Source: Eledone cirrhosa (lineage: Eukaryota). Taken from it: 64,000 nucleotides of DNA. Shown piece after piece: positions 10,131 through 26,568 of this stretch (position 1 is its first letter; every line of letters starts with the position of its first letter). The position numbers were made by a program, and so were the translations under genes. Where the stretch lies: assembly GCA_964016885.1 (NCBI GenBank), contig OZ024742.1, positions 188,480,001-188,544,000 on the forward strand, read 5' to 3'. The notes beneath the pieces were generated by a model. That model had not been told where the DNA came from. It worked only from the letters and a program-made list of their open reading frames with translations, and did not search any database.

Positions 10131-10351
10131 GCCGAAAGAAAGAAGTTACTCAATAACACTGAAGGGTTGGTTTTAATATTCCTTTTATTATACAGTGGGT
10201 CTGGAGGTCCACTTGCTTCTCACCTGCTTCTCACGGGTGATGACACTGAGAAACAGTTGAAACTCCAGTGTAACAAGAATCACCATATTTCACCTTAATA
10301 AAATGAATATCAAAACTGTACGACGGTATTGAGCGCTCAATTGTCAGTCGT

Positions 10352-10354
<3 letters not shown>
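10131..10354 (+). mobile_element. Short PLE-type remnant with decayed HHR-like core
   Basis: TGATGA-CACTG..CAGTT-GAAACTCCAGTGTA, then AATAAA and TTGAGCGCT; weak inverted ends; related to 20364-20588. Confidence 0.45.
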
Positions 10355-10410
<56 letters not shown>

Positions 10411-10454
10411 AAGTTAAATAGAAGTCAAATGATTAAAATTTAGCTTCGTTTATT

Positions 10455-10509
10455 ACTGCTATATATATTTCAGTGACAGCCATCTTTGGCTGTGACCTCT
10501 TCAGGCAGT
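10455..10509 (-). ncRNA. Type I hammerhead ribozyme (PLE pLTR)
   Basis: ACTGC-CTGAAGA-GGTCACAGCC/GGCTGTCACT-GAAA-TATATATA-GCAGT, followed by AATAAA. Confidence 0.85.
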
Positions 10510-10639
10510 TTGAATTAGTATGGTATAGACAAGTACATATGTTGTTTAGGTGTATGATATTGTCAATACTCTGATATGCCCAGTTCCTTGCTGGGTTGTT
10601 AATTCACTGGGGAACTGGAGTCATATATATATATATATG

Positions 10640-11091
10640 CAAAAGTTTTATTTAAAATTGTTGGGATACAACAAGTAAATATTTTATAACTGATATAAAG
10701 CACTCGACAAGTTTTTGGAGTAGATATACGATATTAAATAAATGGAAACTATATTTATAAAACCATATTTATTTCATTATACATATTTCAGGGATACCAA
10801 ATTAAAATATGGCATGCCTTCGTCAGATAAAATACAATATATAAACAGTTTTATAAATAATTTTGACGTACCCTATTATAACTAATAAAATAATTATAAA
10901 CATTTCACTATCCAGACAGCTTCCCAAAATAATGGTCGCTTATAATAGGGTACGTCAAAATTATTTATAAAACTGTTTATATATTGTATTTTATCTGACG
11001 AAGGCATGCCATATTTTAATTTGGTATCCCTGAAATATGTATAATGAAATAAATATGGTTTTATAAATATAGTTTCCATTTATTTAATAAC
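10640..11091. mobile_element. Fold-back PLE pLTR remnant (same family as the 30-33 kb Naiad)
   Basis: About 150-bp inverted arms (10734-10880 / 10940-11088), left arm about 90 nt longer; set in (TA)n. Confidence 0.85.
10987..11051 (+). ncRNA. Type I hammerhead ribozyme (mirror copy at 10770-10834, minus)
   Basis: TATTTTAT-CTGACGA-AGGCATGCCA/TGGTATCCCT-GAAA-TATGTATA-ATGAAATA. Confidence 0.82.
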
Positions 11092-11121
11092 GTATATATA
11101 TATATATATATATTTATATAT

Positions 11122-11423
11122 GTAGAAGTTCTATTTAAATTGTTGGGATACAACAAGCAGATATTTTTTTATGATTGATATGAAGCATTCAAAAAATTAT
11201 TGGAGTAAAAATACGATATATTAACAAATGGAAACTGTATTTATAAAACCATATTTATTTCATTATACATATTTCAAGGACACCAAGTTAAATTATAGAT
11301 CAGTTTTATAAATAAATATTGACATACCCTTAAAGAATGCGACCATTTCTTGGTGTCCTTGAAATAAGTATAACGAAATAAACATGGTTTTATAAATATA
11401 GTTTCCATTTGTTAATATATCGT
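11122..11423. mobile_element. Fold-back PLE pLTR remnant, same family
   Basis: Inverted arms about 11212-11287 / 11349-11423, longer left arm; matches 10640-11091 and 12737-13002. Confidence 0.8.
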
Positions 11424-11864
11424 ATATATATATATATATATATATGCATGTGGGAAGGATGTTTCAATTATTAAGGAGATAGAAAAAGAATGCAACCACA
11501 CCTATTTATGATTAGTCATGAAATATAACAATGAAGAGTTTGAAACTCGCTTGCTACCATTTGCCTACTGCACCTTCTACAATTAAATTATGTATGATAC
11601 CTATCTGTTTTCTTTATTTTTTCACTTTCTAATTTGCAACACATTTCATTTCCTTGCAATAAGCTAACCAATTTTCTGTATAATTCTGAATAAAGTATCT
11701 TGTAGATTCTCTTGAGGAGATAATTTGACTGGAATTGAATAGTTTTCTAAAATGAAGAATTCGATATTTACCGATGATTAAGCCGACTGAACATCAATAG
11801 ACCGTTCAGCAGGCTTTCTAAATTGGATGCAGTTCAAACCGATTAGCTAGCTCATCATTGCCGC

Positions 11865-12450
11865 CGTTGTCATCATCATCATCATCATCATCATCATTAT
11901 CACCATTATTAACCTCCTCATCAATATAAACAGCACTACCACCACCACCACAAACACCACCACCACAAACACCACCACCACCACCACCACCACCACAAAC
12001 ACCACCACCAGCATCATCACCACCACCACCACCACCACAAACACCACCACCACCATCATCACCACCACCAACAACATTACCACCACCACCACCACCACCA
12101 CCACCATCATCACCACCACCGACAACATCACCACCACCACCAACACCACCACCACCACCACCACCACCATAAACACCACCACAAACACCACCACCACCAG
12201 CATCACCACCACCAACAACACCACCACCACCGTCATCATCATCATCACCATTATTGTGCCCATCATCAAGATAATTATCATCATTACCTTCATCATCATC
12301 ACCACCATCATCATCATCTTTATAATTGTCATCGCTGTCATGCTCATCATCAGTATCATTTCAGTTACCAATATCACCACACACCACAACAATCGCATCA
12401 CAGCCACTGCATCACCACTACCATAAGAGCAGACCCACCACCATCCTCAT
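11865..12450. repeat. Compound (CAT)/(CAC)/(CAA) microsatellite
   Basis: Direct reading; explains the poly-V/M ORF. Confidence 0.95.
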
Positions 12451-12646
12451 TGTCCTCATATAAAAATAACCACGACAACAGGGAATAGATGGTCATGTGA
12501 GTAGCAGGCTCAGCTACCAATCAATATAGATCTAGATTCGCCCTCACCACAGGGAACCTTACAATATTATCAGTAATAACCTTAGAGAAAACAAATGAAT
12601 GCTTTGCTTTCAAATGTGGCAACGAGAGCAACCAACTAGAAGTTTA

Positions 12647-12735
<89 letters not shown>

Positions 12736-12736
12736 G

Positions 12737-13002
12737 GAGCTTCCAACACTAATGGTTGCATTCTTTAAGGGTATGTCAATATTTATTTATAAAACTGTTC
12801 TATATTATATTTTACCTGATGAATACACACCATAATTTAACTTGGTGTCCTTGAAATATGTATAATGAAATAAATATGGTTTTATAAATATAGTTTCCAT
12901 TTGTTAATATCGTATTTTTACTACAAATATATGTTGAGTGCTTTATATCAGTTATAAAAATATTTGCTTGTTGTATCCCAACAATTTAAATAGAACTTCT
13001 AC
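12737..13002 (+). mobile_element. PLE pLTR 3' remnant with degenerate HHR (12808-12872)
   Basis: CTGATGA-ATACACACCA/TGGTGTCCTT-GAAA-TATGTATA, AATAAA, TTGAGTGCT; ends at (TA)n. Confidence 0.75.
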
Positions 13003-13016
13003 ATATATATATATAT

Positions 13017-14414
13017 AGTACAATTTAAAAAAATATGATCAACACTAATGTGTTTTTTTTGCAAAATGACAATAATTTTTTAGCCAGATAGAAATACCTT
13101 AATTCAAGTACATATAGTCCGCCTGTATCGATCTAGAAAATATTAAATATTAAATCTATACTTACAGACGTAAAATGGCAACTGCCTGGTGCCTAGACAA
13201 GTTTAAATTTCAAAATTCAAACCTTTTCAGCAGATCGGTCGGAACTTCAAAACATAAATCTGTTTCACAAGGGATGGTATACTAATGAAATAATTAATTA
13301 ATTACGGAACAACTATTTATAAAACAATTATTAGTGAAGTAATCAATTTTCTGTGATTTTCAATAGGCACCCAGATAAATTATAGTTACTTCTCCTAAGA
13401 TAAGAATCTTAAGACTGATCTGTCGCAAGCCTAATACATGTGCTTTTGCACACGACCTTCTCAGCATTCTGGCTCATATCCATGGCGCTAGAAATAACAG
13501 CCGTAAATATGGGATTATGAATTCAGCTCTACCGAAAAAGCAGATTTATTTCAATTTAGTAGTCAAATTAAGCTCTAAGAAAATACTTCTGAGCATTACA
13601 GTACAATTTAAAAAAATATGATCAACACTAATGTGTTTTTTTTGCAAAATGACAATAATTTTTTAGCCAGATAGAAATACCTTAATTCAAGTACATATAG
13701 TCCGCCTGTATCGATCTAGAAAATATTAAATATTAAATCTATACTTACAGACGTAAAATGGCAACTGCCTGGTGCCTAGACAAGTTTAAATTTCAAAATT
13801 CAAACCTTTTCAGCAGATCGGTCGGAACTTCAAAACATAAATCTGTTTCACAAGGGATGGTATACTAATGAAATAATTAATTAATTACGGAACAACTATT
13901 TATAAAACAATTATTAGTGAAGTAATCAATTTTCTGTGATTTTCAATAGGCACCCAGATAAATTATAGTTACTTCTCCTAAGATAAGAATCTTAAGACTG
14001 ATCTGTCGCAAGCCTAATACATGTGCTTTTGCACACGACCTTCTCAGCATTCTGGCTCATATTCATGGCGCTAGAAATAACAGCCGTAAATATGGGATTA
14101 TGAATTCAGCTCTACCGAAAAAGCAGATTTATTTCAATTTAGTAGTCAAATTAAGCTCTAAGAAAATACTTCTGAGCATTACAGTACAATTTAAAAAAAT
14201 ATGATCAACACTAATGTGTTTTTTTTGCAAAATGACAATAATTTTTTAGCCAGATAGAAATACATTAATTCAAGTACATATAGTCCGCCTGTATCGAACT
14301 AGAAAATATTAAATATTAAATCTATACTTACGGACGTAAAATGGCAACTGCCTGGTGCCTACAGAAGTATTTTCTTAGAGCTTAATAATTGTATTTGACT
14401 ACTAAATTGAAATA
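13017..14414. repeat. 583-bp tandem repeat (2.3 copies) capped by an inverted fragment
   Basis: Near-identical units start at 13017, 13600 and 14183; 14362-14414 is the reverse complement of the unit end. Confidence 0.95.
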
Positions 14415-14514
14415 TATATATATAAATATATTTTATTAATATTTGTATTTTAATATATATATATATATATTAAAATACAAATATTAATAAAATAGATGTT
14501 CTTTTGATCAATTA

Positions 14515-14569
14515 CATTTTATTATACATATTTCGGAGGTACAACAGTACATCCTCATCAGACAAAATA
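14515..14569 (-). ncRNA. Type I hammerhead ribozyme
   Basis: TTTTGT-CTGATGA-GGATGTAC tgtt GTACCTCC-GAAA-TATGTATA-ATAAAA. Confidence 0.85.
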
Positions 14570-14573
14570 TAAT

Positions 14574-14711
14574 TGTTTCTATTTAGGCACAAGGCCAGCA
14601 ATTAACCAGTACATTACTGGTACTTTATTTTATCGACCCCGTAAGGATGAAAGGCAAAGTTAACCTCGTTGGGATTTGAACTCAGACTGTAAAGGGACGT
14701 AACTATGCTAG
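14574..14711 (-). mobile_element. 5'-truncated tRNA-derived SINE with 9-bp target-site duplication (TSD)
   Basis: Reverse complement of the copy 2/3 SINE; AAATATAAT at 14565-14573 and 14712-14720. Confidence 0.88.
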
Positions 14712-14771
14712 AAATATAATGATACATGACATACCCTGAGATGTTAAATGGTTAAGATTTAATCAAGGTAG

Positions 14772-14803
<32 letters not shown>

Positions 14804-14985
14804 AAGTATTTCCGTCGGAACGGTACAGGAAAAAAGAGTGCCCTATGTAGGCTACAGAGCTTATTAGTTATGTAATAAACAGCATAAGATAATTATTTCA
14901 TTTACCAGTGGTTTCTTGAAGGCAGATGTATGTATGTCTTCAGTCGTCACAATGAATAAATAACATGGTGTTTTATTCAAACATA

Positions 14986-15106
<121 letters not shown>

Positions 15107-15890
15107 ATATATATAAATAAAATATATATAAATATGTTTGTATATGTTAGACACGCAGTGACTAACAACAGAATGTTATAAGTCTGCGTTTCTGACATAT
15201 ATGCGTAGCTTGTGAATTAAAAATTCAATGGGTTTCGCTGCCGAGATGATCCTGCCAAACATATTTTGTAATGTATCGTCTTATTGTCTAATTTCATCGT
15301 CTTATTGGCTAATCAACCAATGAGAGTAATTGTTGCGCAAAAGCATCCGCCACTTTGTTTGCATGTTTATTTATCGTTTCGCTTTCGAATCTTCCTCCTG
15401 TATTTCGTCGTTTATCATCAAAATATTTTTCTCGTTTTGGTAAGTTATATTGTTAATTTATATATGATTTTTTAAATTTATATTAACTATTTTTTTTTTC
15501 AGTTCGTTATAACATGCTTATAATATTGGTTGTTTCATATTTACTTGTATATTTGTCCGTATTATTGTTCGTTTTATGTTAGATTATTTTATCATTATTA
15601 TGTTAGATATTTTTTTTATTATTAGACTATTTGTGTGTAATATTTAATTTTTATTAATTCAACTATAACAATTATTATGTAAAATATATTTATATAATAT
15701 TGATTGTTTTTTGTAGTTGTTCATATTAAAGTCTGAAAATATTTTTATACATCTTACAATAATATGTATAAGATCATTTATAAAATAACAATTATATAAT
15801 CTAATTACATTACAACTATAATTTATTATTAATATATATCATGTTTAACTAGAGTTATTACAAGCGTTGCCTTAAAAAAATATTAAACTG

Positions 15891-16328
15891 GACCTGACAA
15901 ATGCGCAAGCTCAAAAGAGCCACCGAATATTATAATAAACCTTCAAAAGTGTGGGACTAGAGTTGTTGCTCAAAAATATTGTAATCATTATCTATCGTAC
16001 ACTCTGTGGTATCCTTTTATAAAAAAGAGACTCATAACGAACTCAAGACGACACGATAATTATTTAAATGAATTTATAATATAGAATTCGGTTTAAGTTC
16101 ATTTCGTATTAATCATTACTAAACATCTAATATGAGATATTGAACATTAGCTTAAATAATTATCGTGTCGTCTTGAGTTCGTTATGAGTCTCTTTTTTAT
16201 AAAAGGATGCCACAGAGTGTACGATAGATAATGATTGCAATATCTTTGAGCAACAACTCTAGTCTCACACTTTTGAAGGTTTATTATAACATTCTGTGGC
16301 TCTTTTGAGCTTGTGCATTTTTTAGGTC
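15891..16328. repeat. Inverted repeat, about 177-bp arms with 84-bp spacer
   Basis: 15891-16067 is the reverse complement of 16152-16328 with scattered mismatches. Confidence 0.9.
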
Positions 16329-16399
16329 TTGTATATGTATGTATATATCTTTCTGTATATGCGCCGGGACATAGAAATAATTGGCCTGGATGTACTATC

Positions 16400-16636
16400 A
16401 CGCGATTAAACCACTGGGAGTGAAGGACCCCAATCCTTTGTTAGGACATTCATCTAGGAGAAGGCAACTCAGATAACTGGGATCACTCCGACATAAAACC
16501 TGCGGCACAGTAGTTACCGATGATGTTGATCTTTTCTTCTGTTCAGATTACAGCTGCTGTCGCTCAGAGAGTGGGATTGGCTCAGTGCACAGTCTTTCTT
16601 CACTTTAAAACAATCTTCAGGCACAGGCATTGCACT
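16400..16636 (+). mobile_element. RTE-like LINE 5' region fragment
   Basis: CTAGGAGAAGGCAACTC, GATGTTGA..TTCTTCT, AGAGAGTGGGA and GGCACAGGCATTGC are colinear with 25600-25762. Confidence 0.6.
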
Positions 16637-16924
16637 ATAGTATTAATTGATAATTATTAATAATATATCGTGCAATGGGCATACTCGATATCGAGGTGCC
16701 AGCCATCATCCATCTACCTATTCACTCGTACCCACGCACTCTCCTTATATATGTATATATAGTTTGGGGATTCTGTGATTACCATAACAAAGGTCCGATA
16801 GGCTTTTGATTCCAGAGTCGGGACGGATTGATACAGATCGAAACTTGAGCTGATCAATCGGGAAATGTGCCTCACACCTCGATAAATGTAATGAAAATTT
16901 AACACCGTTCGTCCATATTATTAT

Positions 16925-18546
<1,622 letters not shown>

Positions 18547-18567
18547 CATTGTACCTTGTTTAACTTT

Positions 18568-18603
<36 letters not shown>

Positions 18604-19299
18604 GTGCCGGTGCGTGTTTGCGCACGTATGTGTACGTTAACTGATGGTGTAAATGTAAATAAATAAAACAGCCTTAATCTGCACGTCCCCTTCGCTGGCT
18701 TCGTCCAAAATTGATTAACGTTAAAGATAGCGACATAGCTATGAGTGAACAAGTAATTATGCGCCTTCACGGACTAGAGCGATTATTTGGCACAAACATG
18801 AAACTCTTCAATGTCCTTCATATGACAAATATGTACTTGTTTGATTAGAATTCGTCCGAGATAACCCAAGTGCATAGCTGCTTATATAGGGATAATGAAA
18901 CCCACACATAGAAAATACCACTAACAAACTTGCATATCCAAATAAATGCCTGCAAGATGAGAGAATGTGTGTTTATATATATATATATATATATTTACAT
19001 ATATGTGTGTGTGTGCGTGTTTGTGTGTGTATATATGTATGTACATATGTGTTTGTGTGTGCATATATGTTTGTATATATGCGTGTACGTGTGTATGTGA
19101 ATGTATATGCTCTAGATAACTCTTAGTGTGTATATATGTGTATGTATATATAGGTGCATGTGAGTGTGTATGTATGGTCTATATAACTATGTGTATATAT
19201 GTACGTATATATGGGTGTATGTATTCAATAATAGTGTGTGTTTAGTGTTTGAGGTTGTGGTGCCATACATCGCCACATGTTTCTGCTCGAGCCCGTGCA

Positions 19300-19481
<182 letters not shown>

Positions 19482-19679
19482 ATATACATACGTTGTGTGT
19501 GTAAGTGGGAGTCTGTTTGCCTATATATGTTTGTGTGTGTAGTTGCATGTGTAGTATGTGTGTTGAAATATAGTACTTCCTACATAAACAAGCACCGTTT
19601 TATATCTGAAAATAGGTTTCGTAGAAATAACCCAAAGAAAATATACGAAATATGTTTGAGTAAACAAGGAAGAGGAGAA

Positions 19680-19830
19680 ATCAATACAATCAGTAGGAAG
19701 GAATATATTAGGTTAACGCTTGAAATAGCAAGTAGAGGGTGTTAACGATTCGGATGCTAGTACTTCATCAGAAGATGTGGAATTTGAAAAAATGTCTCTA
19801 GATGAAAATAACAGGTCCATTCATGTTGAC
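19680..19830 (-). mobile_element. PLE pLTR remnant with degenerate HHR (19741-19775)
   Basis: TCTT-CTGATGA-AGTACTAGCATCC-GAAT-CGTT; same family as 51774-51809 and 34090-34240. Confidence 0.6.
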
Positions 19831-19992
19831 ATTTCTTGGAAAACTGTTGATGCTGGCATTTTGTGTATGATTAATTTTTTAGAAAGTGGATGATGGAGCA
19901 CGCTAACTGAAATGGAAAAAAGAACCGTTTTGTATAAAGAGCTATACTTGTGCGCGTGCGCATGCATCTCCCCCTCTCTCTCTCTGTCTCTG

Positions 19993-20803
<811 letters not shown>

Positions 20804-21069
20804 TAGGGACGACCGTGTTTTTAGCTTCGTTATACATACATATATATAGGTTAAATATGAAAAGTATAGAGCATCTAGTTCATGGAGTTTGAGAATAATT
20901 ATGAAGCCCAAATATTAAACGTCACCATACAGCTATTTACATATCGTTAGGCCTGAGGACCAACTTGTTCAACTTCGGCCGATTAATTTTCATCGGCACA
21001 GGCAGGTTGTTATTCAGGGCTAAGGATATGTACGTACCTGCTATGGCGCTGTCGTAGTAAATGGCCTTA

Positions 21070-21111
<42 letters not shown>

Positions 21112-21244
21112 GTGTGTGTGTAACTGTATTTGTGTGTGTGTAACTGTATTTGTGTGTGGGGGTGTATATATTGGTTGGCGAGGTGAATGACAAGTCCGAC
21201 TGATAACATATGAATGGAATATTACATCTCGTTTGGTTGGTATG

Positions 21245-21314
21245 TTTGTCTGAAGAGAACGTGTAAGGCAGTTATTATATAAATACCTTACGTCTTCGAA
21301 ATACGTATAACGAA
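21245..21314 (+). ncRNA. Type I hammerhead ribozyme in a PLE pLTR remnant (about 21170-21450)
   Basis: TTTGT-CTGAAGA-GAACGTGTAAGG/CCTTACGTCTTC-GAAA-TACGTA-TA-ACGAA; overlapping AATAAA. Confidence 0.87.
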
Positions 21315-21473
21315 TAAAATAGGGATGTACGAATAAAACCAACTCTTTTATTAATTGTAATAACATTCTGGATGAACAAAGATCGTGGAGTGCTTCACGT
21401 ATGTTAAAGAATAAGTCGGCAGATTTGTAATCAACCAACTTTCTTCAAATAAATAAATAAATATATATACATA

Positions 21474-21508
<35 letters not shown>

Positions 21509-21555
21509 TAATATATATATATATTCATGCATATATATGCATACACACACACACT

Positions 21556-21598
<43 letters not shown>

Positions 21599-21624
21599 AC
21601 ACACACACACAGACACACACACTC

Positions 21625-21655
<31 letters not shown>

Positions 21656-21700
21656 AATAACAGGAGACTGGTCTGGTGTAATTCCTAAAAAAGGTTTATT

Positions 21701-21758
21701 ATACTATGATCATGTCAATGACCGGGTTCAGAGTGAATCCGGAGACATCATCAGGTAT
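21701..21758 (-). ncRNA. Degenerate type I hammerhead ribozyme
   Basis: ATAC-CTGATGA-TGTCTCCGG/CCGGTCATT-GACA (GAAA mutated)-TGATCA-TA-GTAT-AATAAA. Confidence 0.7.
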
Positions 21759-22289
21759 TCGAAATATAACAAAGGAATATAATAGACAAAATCCATGGGA
21801 CTGAAAATCAGAGACATGAGGGCGACCGAACATTTAGCAGCTTCTACCACGGTCGGCCGCCCTCAAGTTTTGTATTATGATGAGTTGTATTACGTTGAGT
21901 GCTCTCCATAATATTACATCGAGGTTGACCATACGTAATGACCAGTTCTATCCAGTGGTGAACCAACAAACCTAAATCAATATATATATATATATGAACG
22001 TTAATTGTCTTAATTTGAACGGGTCCATATATACACAGAAAGAAACCTAATCTACAGATCTACAGACAACTTCACCAGCCTAACATTTCACAAGCATTAA
22101 CCACACACGTATTTCATTACTATACCAAGGCACTTCCAGCAGAACAAGAACCGACTCATCGCAATTTTTAATACGTCGGTGTTGGACGTCATCAGGCAGC
22201 AGCCCTCGTATTGCGTAGCATCTGTATTTCTTTGTTCATATATTCAAAAGGGTACCCACCCCCACCCCACCCCCACACTCCCTTCGGTT

Positions 22290-22590
22290 ACGAATGACCG
22301 TGGGATCTGCACCTAGAGGCACATGTATGGGAAAGGTTGTTTGTAGAAGATAAGCAGTCGCCCATGCACACCAGTTTCTCCTCACCAGGTCCCCGATGTG
22401 GTCCAAGGGAAAGGCAAAAGCCCATACACCTCAGTACCAGTGAAGTTGCACCTCTTTTCTACAGCTGACTCAACTGGTGTAACGGGAAAATAAAGTGTCT
22501 GGCTCAAGGACACAAGACACAGTCAGGTCCGATAATCGAACTCACAAACTCACGATTTTAAGGCCAACATCCTAAACATTAAGCCATGCG
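22290..22590 (-). mobile_element. tRNA-derived SINE of a second family
   Basis: Minus strand: TGGCTTAATGTTTAG A-box, GAGTTCGATTA B-box, GTGTCCTTGAGCCAGACACTTTA conserved block. Confidence 0.75.
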
Positions 22591-22621
22591 TTTATATAAA
22601 TATATATACATATATATATAT

Positions 22622-22948
22622 AAGAATTAAAATACTAGAGTGCGTTGGAGTAAAACACACTCGTCATATTATAGAAATGACAGTATAGGATAAAGCTCAA
22701 TGTAATACAACAGAGCCGAAACATTATAAAAATAGACAAAGAAGCCTTCAATACATCAAAAGTCTTTATTAGCCTACAATGTTTCGTCCATTAATAAGGA
22801 CTCCCTATTCGTCGGAGTTTTGGATTGTTCTGGCCGTTAATGCTTCTTATCTGTTTAATTGCCCTGATGAGTCCTTATTAATGGGACGAAACATTGTAGG
22901 CTAATAAGACTTTTGATGTATTGAAGGCTTCTTTGTCTATTTTTATAA
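22622..22948. mobile_element. Fold-back PLE remnant
   Basis: Arms 22722-22803 / 22869-22948; left arm about 100 nt longer; (TA)n flanks. Confidence 0.85.
22857..22905 (+). ncRNA. Minimal type I hammerhead ribozyme
   Basis: GCC-CTGATGA-GTCC ttattaatg GGAC-GAAA-CATTG-TA-GGC; GUA cleavage triplet. Confidence 0.85.
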
Positions 22949-22976
22949 TATATATATATATATATATAAATAAACA

Positions 22977-23056
<80 letters not shown>

Positions 23057-23239
23057 AGGGAGAGGGAGAGAGAGAGAGACTATCTTCACATTCGAATTAC
23101 CATATTACCAAATAGGCTCGGGAATCGGGTACACAAAGTAAAAAGAAAGCATTGCATGCAAATACATCATGAATTTCATTCATACAAAACTCACCACACA
23201 TCGTATGCATATTACCATTAACATACACACACACACGCG

Positions 23240-23317
<78 letters not shown>

Positions 23318-23656
23318 CATATATATATGTACTTATAAACCTACACACACATACACAGGTTCACACATAGACATACGTACACACACATTTTCCCACATAT
23401 ACACATGTATGTTGTCAACTAGTAGCGATACTACATTAAAAAACTAATTAATTAATTCATTAATTACGAAAAACACAATCATATTATACACATAACTTGA
23501 GATGTAACATTCAACATTTTCGAATATTACATTGGAACACACATATGTGAAGAGAGAAGTCAAACATTCACTCTCTCACATATTCTCGCTTTTCCCTTTT
23601 CTCGCTCGCCTCATTTATATTTGAGTGTGTGTGTTTGTATATATATATATATAAGT

Positions 23657-23687
<31 letters not shown>

Positions 23688-23732
23688 TTGAGTGAGAGCT
23701 GGATCTGGATCTGGATAAATGCATACACGTGA

Positions 23733-23780
<48 letters not shown>

Positions 23781-23809
23781 CATATAACGTGTATGTATAT
23801 ATATACGTG

Positions 23810-23871
<62 letters not shown>

Positions 23872-23953
23872 AGGAGAGAGAGAGAGAGAGAGAGAAAGAG
23901 AGCAAGAGAGAGAGATTGAGTGAGAGCTGGATCTGGATAAATGCATACACGTG

Positions 23954-23992
<39 letters not shown>

Positions 23993-24123
23993 CATATAAC
24001 GTGTATGTATATATATATACGTGTATGTATATATATATATAACATATACGTGTATGTATATATATATAACGTGTATATATATATATATATATATACATAC
24101 ATACATGCGTATAAACATACACT

Positions 24124-24184
<61 letters not shown>

Positions 24185-24228
24185 GTATAAACACACACAC
24201 ACGCCCCCCCCCCCTCGCACACATATAA

Positions 24229-24315
<87 letters not shown>

Positions 24316-24861
24316 GAGGGAGAGAGAGAGAGAGAGAGAATGGATGCACAGTTGTATAAATTCACATATGTTATATGCTCAACTATATAACTATACACAC
24401 ACATACGCATACATAGAAACATACACCACGTACTGACAGACAAAATCACACACACACACACACAAACATGCTTTGAATCATACACCACGTACTTACACAC
24501 ACACACACACACACATACATGCTGAGTGAGAATCACATACATCCTCTTGCCAATCTCCCACACGGTTCCCTGGTCCTTCACTAGTTGAAATAGTTCTAAT
24601 TAATGTAATGACTGAATGCTATTTTGGTGATTGAACTCCAATGAAAGGCTTCACTAATGAAACTTCATTATTGAATTATGCAAATATTTACACACTTTTT
24701 TTTTCATTACCTTGATTGTTTATCTCTTATTAGCAGGTACACTCTTAATTAAATAATTCATTACTCTCTCTCTATCCCTCCTCCCATCTCTTCCCCTATA
24801 TAATCATATCACGAAACTTATTTCTATTTCGTTCTTACCTTTGCTTTCCCTTTCATTCACA

Positions 24862-24952
<91 letters not shown>

Positions 24953-25366
24953 TCTTTCTCTCTCTCAGTGATAATGTATCTCTTTCTTTCTCTCTCTCCC
25001 TCTGCCTATCTCTCATTTATAATCTATCTCTTTCTCTATTATCGGTTCCTCTCTCACATTCCCTCATCTTTCTTTCTCTCCCACACTTATTCTTGGCTCA
25101 TATTTATTATTCCCTATGAATGAACAGACTAAGCCAGATGCAACATCGTGGGGGCAGGCAAAGTGATTTAAAAAGACCCCACAATATCCCAATTAATCAT
25201 GTCCCAACTTAGAATCTGAACATAAAGACAGGCTTCTATAATCCTCAACCTAGGTTGCCTGCTTATCTTTTACATACTTCTATGATACAATAGTGCCGGC
25301 GTGCATGTATGTGTGTATGTATGTATGTATGTATGTATGTATGTATGTATGCATGTATGTATGTAT

Positions 25367-25972
25367 GTCACGTCACCAGTTGGTGCTACTGGTAACATGT
25401 ATCCCAGTACAACATCTCATGGTCGGGGTCGTTGGCGACTAAACTGGCAACCCCACCAAGGTTTCTTGGTGAGGAGGGTGACTTTGGACATCCTGCAGGA
25501 CTAAAAACAAGAGCTGTCAAAGGGCAAAGGAGCTCTTAAGAGTCAATGGCCATCCAAAATCACCGGGAGAGATGACCCCTTAGCCTTTGTCAAGGCAGAA
25601 TTCTAGGAGATGGAAAACTCTGATATAACACCTGCAACCCTGATGGTATCCAATGATGTTGACTTGTTCTTCTTTTTGGTAAATATGATCTTGGTTAAGA
25701 GAGTGGGACTGCTTTGTGCAGTGCCTTTGCTCACTATAAAAGCTTCACGGCACAGACATTGCTTTATATCTGGAGATCTCTCGGCCCTTGTCGTCACATG
25801 GTACCATGGGCCCCGCACTATGTGTCAATAATTGTTACAAGTGTAGTGTTTCTACCAGAGTTTTCAAGTCGCTGGCTAGACTAAAAAGTCACACTCGTTC
25901 AGCGCATCGGTAGGGGATCTCCTACATGGATATAAAGTAGTGGCTGTACTCGAAAACGAGTTGGCAGCCACC
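25367..25972 (+). mobile_element. Non-autonomous bipartite RTE-derived element
   Basis: RTE-like 5' region fused to a C2H2-like ORF end ([18 protein letters not shown]) and 3' hairpin GTGGCTG..ACTCG-AAAA-CGAGT..CAGCCAC; (ATGT)n on both sides. Confidence 0.72.
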
Positions 25973-26050
25973 ATGTATGTATGTATGTATGTATGTATGT
26001 ATGTATGTATGTATGTATGTATGTATGTATGTATGTATGTACGTAATATA

Positions 26051-26568
<518 letters not shown>

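Larger units (their letters stand above)
14471..14771 (-). mobile_element. PLE pLTR remnant (17-18 kb family) interrupted by a SINE
   Basis: Colinear with 17059-17224 once 14574-14720 is removed. Confidence 0.8.

Noticed and set aside
13017-13599. Retrozyme monomer
   Set aside because: No CUGANGA..GAAA hammerhead core with valid stems found on either strand.
23680-23956. Repeated GAGATTGAGTGAGAGCTGGATCTGGATAAATGCATACACGTG
   Set aside because: Local duplication within microsatellite-rich DNA; two copies only.
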